Part shown: positions 26,205 to 32,000 of the stretch, in pieces
How the letters are laid out: every line of letters starts with the position of its first letter
Numbering within the stretch: position 1 is the first letter of the stretch
The notes under the pieces: generated by a model
What the model was told of the DNA's origin: nothing
The model's database searches: none
Seen by the model: the letters and a program-made list of their open reading frames with translations, nothing else
Program-made: the position numbers and the translations under genes
Origin: Promethearchaeota archaeon
GTDB taxonomy: Archaea; Asgardarchaeota; Lokiarchaeia; Sigyniarchaeales; SOKP01
Direction of reading: 5' to 3'
DNA: 32,000 nt
Assembly (NCBI GenBank): GCA_030606485.1
Contig: JAUWGH010000001.1
Coordinates: 780,001 to 812,000, forward strand

Positions 26205-27962
26205 ATGATAATAAATATAAATGCATTAGAAAGAGTTATTGAAATTAATATTGAAAAATATTATCCCGTCCATAGTTATATAAAATTAGAATGCCCAAAA
26301 GACAAACCAAAATATACTATTTTATGTATGAACCAACAGGTTATGACTGTTGAAGAATATATTGAATTAAGACGTCAAACTGCAAATATTGAAATCAACG
26401 AATATTTGATAAAATTACTTCAGACTGGATTAAAATATGTCTTATTTGCAGCGCCTATCCTTTTAATAGACCATGAAAAAGAAACGGAAGAGTTGAAAAA
26501 ACCTAAACCTGATAAAAATAATTATGTAATAAAACGTAATGTACTTATTGAAATTGAGAAGCTTATGCAAGGTGGAGTGTTATCTCCCCATACTTCAGAA
26601 ATTTCGAAAGATCAAAGCGATATCCCGGTTCTATTGGAAAATATTTTTCCACAATCAAATGGAGTTTTTATTGGACGTTTACTGTATGATAAAACAAATG
26701 TTTATATTCCAATCAAATCATTACCGGTTCATTTAGGAATTATTGGAACGACAGGCTCAGGAAAATCTAATTTAATGCAAGTTATGATTAATGGAGCAGT
26801 TGATCATAATTTAGAAGTAAAAACTAAGAATTTAACAAATATTCCATTAGTTTCTTCACTTGCAATAGACCCACATGATGAATATGCTTTAGGACCAGAA
26901 GGGAGGGGATTATATCACCTTGTTAATTTATTAGATTTAAAAATTAGAAATGATATTTTTGGTTCTTTTTTCTATTTATATCCAAGGGGAACAAGAATTC
27001 AAAGCATATTATCTCCTTTTTCTTTAGAATGTGTTATAAATTACGAGGAAATAACTCCATTGGATGTATTAAATGTTCAAAGTTTTACTGGGGTACAATC
27101 TGAAGTTATGGAAGCAGAACATTATGTTGCTCATGATGATTGGATTGAAAATATATTAACCGGTAATTTAACCTCATCTGGACACCATGATGCTTCTATA
27201 GCCGCTGTTAGAAGAAGATTGCGTCCTATTGAAAGATCAAATATTTTTCGGCCCCAATCAGCGAATAGTTCGACATTACCAGAGATTATTTACGCTTTAG
27301 AAAGTGGTAAAATCTTGGATTTTAATTGTTCCCTGTTAAGTGATTTTGAAATGTTTCTTTTTAATACAGTTGTGGCAAGAACAATTTTCAATATTAGAAA
27401 AGCACTAAAAGCGTCAGCTACTATGACTGATTTTAAAGCTCAATTATACTCTCGTTTACCCAACTTATTTGTTAAAAGTTATGATAATAAATTGAACATA
27501 TACATTAAGAAAGGAAATGAAGTTAAAGATCCAACAGATATGCCAATTGTAGTTTTTACAATCGAAGAAGCCCCATCTATACTCAATCCAGATTTGATGA
27601 GAGGACCAAATATTTTCAAAGATATCGCAAGACAAGGAAGAAAATTTCATATTTCATTGGCTGTGATTAGTCAACAGATTTCTACATTAGATAATGCAAT
27701 AATTTCAAATCTTAATACATATATTGATTTACCTGTTGGTAGTGATAAAGAGAGAAGAGGGCTTATTGATAATGCTTCAAGCTCAATCCAGATAAATGAT
27801 CTTAAATCTTTGGAGGGGACATTAGGCGTTTCAATAATAAACGGAAATTGGCTTACAAAATTTCAAAAGATCATTATTCCAAGATATAAAGATCATTTTG
27901 AAGAAAATAAAGCAAAATATGGTATATATAAATCAAAAGGTACGAAGACTCCCTTAATTTAA
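26205..27962 (+). CDS. herA: HerA-family (FtsK/HerA) ATPase/helicase
   Basis: HLGIIGTTGSGKSN, IDPHDEY, Walker B variant TIEEAP, IARQGRKFHISLAVISQ; located in the mre11-rad50-nurA operon. Confidence 0.9.
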   Translation: MIININALERVIEINIEKYYPVHSYIKLECPKDKPKYTILCMNQQVMTVEEYIELRRQTANIEINEYLIKLLQTGLKYVLFAAPILLIDHEKETEELKKPKPDKNNYVIKRNVLIEIEKLMQGGVLSPHTSEISKDQSDIPVLLENIFPQSNGVFIGRLLYDKTNVYIPIKSLPVHLGIIGTTGSGKSNLMQVMINGAVDHNLEVKTKNLTNIPLVSSLAIDPHDEYALGPEGRGLYHLVNLLDLKIRNDIFGSFFYLYPRGTRIQSILSPFSLECVINYEEITPLDVLNVQSFTGVQSEVMEAEHYVAHDDWIENILTGNLTSSGHHDASIAAVRRRLRPIERSNIFRPQSANSSTLPEIIYALESGKILDFNCSLLSDFEMFLFNTVVARTIFNIRKALKASATMTDFKAQLYSRLPNLFVKSYDNKLNIYIKKGNEVKDPTDMPIVVFTIEEAPSILNPDLMRGPNIFKDIARQGRKFHISLAVISQQISTLDNAIISNLNTYIDLPVGSDKERRGLIDNASSSIQINDLKSLEGTLGVSIINGNWLTKFQKIIIPRYKDHFEENKAKYGIYKSKGTKTPLI

Positions 27963-27988
27963 ATAGTAAAATAAAAAGTGGATTATTT

Positions 27989-29152
27989 GTGGGGTTAAAA
28001 AAATATAAATTAATAGAATTAGAAGAATCACTGAAAAAGGCAGAAATACCTGCTCAAATAGACGAATTAAAGAAAAAACACGTTCAGTGGACTAAGGAAG
28101 AAAAAGAATTAAGAGATAAATATAAAGAAGAACTTGAAAAAGAAAAAACAGATATTATTATTGAACAAATGAAGTATACGCCTATTAAAGGCGTGGACGA
28201 AACATTTTTTAAGGAAGGAGGGTTATTAGTTGGATTTGATGAAAGTCAAAATTCAAAGATTGGCACTTATGCAAGAGTTTCATGCTTTAAATTCGGTGAA
28301 AGTCAGGTAAGTTATGAAGACGGAAGATATAAATATAGAGATTATATCTATGAGCCATTATTTGGATATTTAGAAGATAGCTATCAAAAAATTAAAATTT
28401 ATACTGATGCAATAGAATATTTTGTAAAAAATTTAGAAGATGAATTCAAAGGAACCTTTTTAGAACATTCAGTTACCGAAATAAGAAAATGGTATGAAAA
28501 AGTATTTCCCACGGAAACAGGATTAGAATGGAAACATAATTTACCTTCTGTAGGTCATGTTGCTGATCGTATTAGAACAGCAGATGAATTATTATGCACC
28601 GTTATAAGAATGAAACAAATTAAGACTGAATTTCCAGATCGAGATATTATATTTTTAGGAGATGGTATTAGTGCTTTTAGACCTCACATTTTTCCCCCAA
28701 TTCATTTTGTTCAATTTTTTCTTAAATTTCTCAAGGAATATAAATTAAAATATTATACTTTTTCAAAAACTTGTAGATTACGTGAAAAAGATACTGGTGT
28801 TTTTATTTTACCTGTGTTTTCTAAAATTATTGAAAAAGATCCATTTATTGTAGAGATACCACAAAAACGTTCAGTAAGCAACTCCCACCTTGTAAGATTG
28901 ATAAAAAGAGATATGCCTGCCTTGAGATTTGACGTTCCAAGAGAGATTGATTTGAATGGGGCAATTGCTATTATTAAAACAATTATCCCATTTTCTCCAC
29001 TTGGTTATCCATTATGTCTAGAACATGCTCATAATGCAAGTACTCTAACGAATTTGGAATGGAGGATTTTAAATATTAAATTTAGAGGGACCCAAGAAGA
29101 CCCTAGGACAAAAAATTTAGTTACAAATTTAAGAAAGTATGTTATATCTTAA
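27989..29152 (+). CDS. nurA: NurA-family nuclease (divergent)
   Basis: VGFDESQ (cf. AVDGS), FLGDG, FSKT, and GYPLCLEHAH (cf. GYPxxLxxAH); directly after herA. Confidence 0.8.
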   Translation: MGLKKYKLIELEESLKKAEIPAQIDELKKKHVQWTKEEKELRDKYKEELEKEKTDIIIEQMKYTPIKGVDETFFKEGGLLVGFDESQNSKIGTYARVSCFKFGESQVSYEDGRYKYRDYIYEPLFGYLEDSYQKIKIYTDAIEYFVKNLEDEFKGTFLEHSVTEIRKWYEKVFPTETGLEWKHNLPSVGHVADRIRTADELLCTVIRMKQIKTEFPDRDIIFLGDGISAFRPHIFPPIHFVQFFLKFLKEYKLKYYTFSKTCRLREKDTGVFILPVFSKIIEKDPFIVEIPQKRSVSNSHLVRLIKRDMPALRFDVPREIDLNGAIAIIKTIIPFSPLGYPLCLEHAHNASTLTNLEWRILNIKFRGTQEDPRTKNLVTNLRKYVIS

Positions 29153-29209
29153 AAATAAATCTTCATTTTTCTAAAATATAATATTTAGGATTATTCTAGT
29201 AGATGATAA

Positions 29210-30007
29210 ATGGCGAAGATTATATTTTTCCAAGCTCATCCTGATGATTTAGAGTTTAATTGTGCTCAATTAATGCATTATCTTGCCATAAAGAGCAAAA
29301 GAAAATATATTATTAAAATTGTTTCAATAACAAAAGGAGAATTTGGGCTTCCGGGTGCTAAATATGATAAGTTTAAAGGCAAATTCCTAGCAAAAGTCAG
29401 AACTAGGGAATTATATAAAGCTCAAAGTATTCACGGAATATCTCCCAAAAATATTGTTTTTTTGGGTTATATTGATGGTTTTGTAAAATTTAATAAAGAT
29501 TTCATTAATAGAATTGCGGATTATATTAGAAAAGAAAAACCGGATATAATTTTTGCCCCAGAACCGATATATACCTGGTATTATCATATGGATCATGTAA
29601 ATACTGGGAAGGCAATATTTTATATTATCTATAATAAATTAATTGATTATATCCCAATTCTCTATTTTTATTCATCTCTAAGTCCCAATTTTTTTTTCCC
29701 CTTTAAAAAAGAAAATATTAGCTTAGTAAATCAATTACTCGCATGCCATAAAACTCAATACTGGCTAATGAATTATATGATGTTTATTTATAAACCGATA
29801 ATGAAATTAGCTGGAAGGAAAGTAAATGGTTGGAAATATGCCGAACCTTTTCGACGGATTTATTTCGGCAAGGAAAATACGAAAAAATACAAAATATCAT
29901 TGATAACACGTATTTTCAGTCATTTTTTTTCTAGTCTTCCTTTTTACAAAGCGAAATATCCACAAGAGATATTGAAAAAACTTAAGAGAGAAAAAAATCA
30001 GAAATAA
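29210..30007 (+). CDS. PIG-L/LmbE-family N-acetylglucosaminyl deacetylase
   Basis: AHPDDLE, ITKGEFG, RTRELY, IFAPEP and HMDH metal/catalytic motifs. Confidence 0.9.
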   Translation: MAKIIFFQAHPDDLEFNCAQLMHYLAIKSKRKYIIKIVSITKGEFGLPGAKYDKFKGKFLAKVRTRELYKAQSIHGISPKNIVFLGYIDGFVKFNKDFINRIADYIRKEKPDIIFAPEPIYTWYYHMDHVNTGKAIFYIIYNKLIDYIPILYFYSSLSPNFFFPFKKENISLVNQLLACHKTQYWLMNYMMFIYKPIMKLAGRKVNGWKYAEPFRRIYFGKENTKKYKISLITRIFSHFFSSLPFYKAKYPQEILKKLKREKNQK

Positions 30008-30017
30008 AATACTAAAA

Positions 30018-30608
30018 TCAAGATCTTAATTTAAAGAAAATAAATAAACCTATCCCAACAATTGCAACAATTATCCCAATAAGTGGGGTTAATATAAGTG
30101 TGCGAAAAAAATAGGAATCATATTGAGATGGATCTTGATGCCAATAGAAATATACTTCTAGATCATTTCCTTCAAACCAAATTGTACAATAATCTGGGTA
30201 ATAATCTCCATTATAGAGCATAATTTCATATGCTCTACCTCCCCCTAACTCATATGTTATAAAACCAATTACACCATTTCTCTCCTTATGACAATAACAG
30301 ATATTTAAAACATCTCCAGTCCCCAGATATTCTAATAGAAAAACAGAAAAGAGTGATTCATTACCATAGTTCGTAAGTCATATATTTACAGAATCATTTT
30401 GATGGTGTTTTATGATTTTATAGTAAGTGAAATCCCAATCTTCAGTCACCCAAGTATAATAACATGTATCACTAGTATCGTCCGAGATCTTTATAGGAGG
30501 GTAGAAAAATGCGTTATAATCTTGAAAAGTAAAGGCTTCAACATAAACAATAAAAGATGGGAGTAGAGGAAAAATTAATAGTGAAATTAAAAGGATATTT
30601 CATTTCAT
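30018..30608 (-). pseudogene. Interrupted gene for a 196-codon secreted, C-terminally membrane-anchored protein; two in-frame TGA codons (30600-30602 and 30378-30380)
   Basis: Single frame from ATG30608: MK*NILLISLLIFPLLPSFIVYVEAFTFQDY...KHHQNDSVNI*LTNYGNES...MLYNGDYY...TLILTPLIGIIVAIVGIGLFIFFKLRS*. It has a signal peptide, a beta-rich ectodomain and a C-terminal TM. The track shows only the last 67 aa. Confidence 0.7.
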
Positions 30609-30682
30609 TAAATTATTTTTTGTATTTTAGATTTATAATTTATACTATATTTTTTAGGATGAATTTTTCATTATATAATATA

Positions 30683-31630
30683 ATGACAGTTATTATTCCA
30701 AAAAAAGCATATTTAACAATTGTTGCAGCCGCAGTTAGATTTGCTAATGCACGAATACCAAAAGATGATTGGTTGGAAGCTAGTGGCGTGTTAATTGGTA
30801 AGAATGTTGGTGATGATGTGGTAATTTCAGCAGCGCATCCTATTATGCACCAAGAATTAGACAAAAATGCTGTGATGGATCAATACAAATGGAAAGATGA
30901 AGATTATGAGGCACTCTCTATAATTGATGATGAGGCTTTTTCAAGAGGAGAATTCACCGTTGGATGGTATCATAGTCACCCCGGTTTTAAAGTAATGATG
31001 TCTCATATCGATATTAGAACAACATTGAGTTATCAAACAAATAATCCATTAGCTATTTCACTAGTGTTTAATCATATGAGATTAATAAAACAAATTGAAT
31101 TGCCTGATAAAAAAGGAGACCCAGATATTCCTTTAGAAAATGATCCAGGTTTTAAGATTTTTCGATTAGATGATGTAAGTGGAATTGAAGCAAGTTATCA
31201 TCCTACCGATTATAAAATAGAAGGATATGAGAGTATGACGCAATTAATTCAAACAACTCAAGCTTTTATTATCGATGTAACAAATCTACTCCCTAAAGAA
31301 GGTCTAATAGAGACGTATCAGAATCAAGTGAATAAATCAATAGAGGAATTAAATTCTCAATTAATTGGAACAGAAGAATATCTCAAAACACTTGCAAGAG
31401 AGGGAGCAACTTCGAGGATTCCAGAAGTCCTATTGAATCAAACTAGGGATATAAATAAATTTGTTGAAAGAGCAAATAAAAAAATTGAAAAAATGAAAGA
31501 AATTTTAGATTACTTAGAGTATAAAGAAAGAAATATAATTATACATCAAGCTTTAGAAGTAATTAGTCTGTGGGAACAAAAAGTAGAAAATTTAGAAACT
31601 GACTTACGTGCAATATCTCAGAAATTTTAA
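30683..31630 (+). CDS. JAMM/MPN+ domain protein (Rpn11/CSN5-like) with a shorter helical C-terminus; paralog C
   Basis: EASGVLIG and GWYHSHPGFKVMMSHID (30971-31012); GFKIFRLD is shared with paralog B (GFKSFRLD in A). ATG30683 (MTVIIPKKAY) aligns with the MPN beta-1 of the paralogs; the track start at 30557 overlaps the divergent gene. Confidence 0.92.
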   Translation: MTVIIPKKAYLTIVAAAVRFANARIPKDDWLEASGVLIGKNVGDDVVISAAHPIMHQELDKNAVMDQYKWKDEDYEALSIIDDEAFSRGEFTVGWYHSHPGFKVMMSHIDIRTTLSYQTNNPLAISLVFNHMRLIKQIELPDKKGDPDIPLENDPGFKIFRLDDVSGIEASYHPTDYKIEGYESMTQLIQTTQAFIIDVTNLLPKEGLIETYQNQVNKSIEELNSQLIGTEEYLKTLAREGATSRIPEVLLNQTRDINKFVERANKKIEKMKEILDYLEYKERNIIIHQALEVISLWEQKVENLETDLRAISQKF

Positions 31631-31695
31631 TAAATTAAACATATATTCGTGTTCTATCTCAACTCTTTCAAGGATTATTTGTATCAAAAATTTAA

Positions 31696-31717
31696 TAAAT
31701 TATCTTGGGATAATTTA
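31696..31717. promoter_or_regulatory. Perfect 9-bp inverted repeat TAAATTATC-TTGG-GATAATTTA, candidate transcription-factor site or hairpin
   Basis: Read directly from the sequence; lies 46 nt upstream of ATG31764 and upstream of a TTATATA element at 31742-31748. Confidence 0.35.
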
Positions 31718-31763
31718 CTTAATTTAGAAGTTTTTAGACAATTATATAGCTGATTTTGACCGG

Positions 31764-32000
31764 ATGAGAAAAATCAATTTTCCTTTTACGGCGATAATTG
31801 GACATGAAAAAATGAAAATTGCATTAATTCTCAACGTTATTGATCTTTTAATTGGAGGTGTTCTTTTATCAGGTCACCGCGGCACAGGAAAATCTACAGC
31901 AGTCCGTTCTCTTATAGATATTATGCCTGAAATAAAAGTTATAAAAGAGTGTTATTTTAATTGTAATCCTGATTCTGATCTTGAAGATTTATGTGAGATG
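31764..32000 (+). CDS. Magnesium/cobalt chelatase ChlI/ChlD-type AAA+ subunit, N-terminal part (runs off the window)
   Basis: Not in the ORF track. MRKINFPFTAIIGHEKMKIALILNVIDLLIGGVLLSGHRGTGKSTAVRSLIDIMPEI...CYFNCNP matches the ChlI/ChlD N-terminus (FPFxAIVGQ...GGVLxxGxxGTxKST...CxFNCxP). Confidence 0.88.
   Translation, partial: MRKINFPFTAIIGHEKMKIALILNVIDLLIGGVLLSGHRGTGKSTAVRSLIDIMPEIKVIKECYFNCNPDSDLEDLCEM

Noticed and set aside
154-29596. Short antisense or nested ORFs in the track (154-354, 810-1043, 4954-5154, 6037-6624, 11098-11319, 11575-11781, 12155-12340, 12211-12516, 13992-14255, 15356-15544, 15622-15807, 20968-21300, 21558-21887, 24405-24587, 25752-25934, 26539-26736, 27465-27650, 29411-29596, and also 30640-30864)
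   Set aside because: They lie on the opposite strand or in another frame of clearly recognisable genes, or span an intergenic region. Their F/S/L/I-rich composition is typical of shadow ORFs antisense to K/E-rich genes, and they show no motifs.
30378-30602. Selenocysteine as the explanation for the two in-frame TGA codons
   Set aside because: Some Asgard archaea are known to use Sec, but one TGA is at codon 3 of a signal peptide, neither is in a redox motif, and I saw no SECIS-like hairpin nearby.
30557-30682. N-terminal extension of the third JAMM gene as given in the ORF track (and similarly TTG913 and TTG16056 starts)
   Set aside because: The extension overlaps the start of the divergent interrupted gene and runs through AT-rich intergenic sequence; homology to the JAMM paralogs begins at ATG30683.
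1-32000. CRISPR arrays, IS elements, integrases, rRNA/tRNA genes
   Set aside because: No regularly spaced direct repeats, terminal inverted repeats, transposase/recombinase motifs or RNA-gene-like GC-rich tracts were found; the longest gene-free gaps are about 330 nt or less.

Overview
AT-rich, gene-dense archaeal core-genome window with no rRNA, tRNA, CRISPR array, transposase or integrase visible. The gene content and style suggest an Asgard archaeon, probably Lokiarchaeia-like; this is an inference from three Rpn11/CSN5-like JAMM proteins, an smc/scpB pair, the mre11-rad50-herA-nurA operon, CooC and gatC. Contents from left to right: a partial NDP-forming acyl-CoA synthetase (1-729, absent from the ORF track), gatC, a HAD hydrolase, a membrane-anchored FKBP-like protein, a MoxR AAA+ / HExxH-VWA pair, smc-scpB with no scpA, a ~10-TM membrane protein with two winged-helix-like repeats, CooC, a tandem pair of JAMM/MPN+ proteases with long helical stalks, a zinc-ribbon protein, class II ribonucleotide reductase with an ATP-cone, mre11-rad50-herA-nurA, a PIG-L deacetylase, a hidden 196-codon surface-protein gene broken by two in-frame TGA codons, a third JAMM protein and the start of a ChlI/ChlD-type chelatase ATPase (absent from the track). 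The best candidates for undescribed biology are (i) the JAMM-stalk paralog pair/trio and (ii) the tandem winged-helix membrane protein next to a kleisin-less smc-scpB unit. All family calls come from motif recognition by eye; no database search was run.
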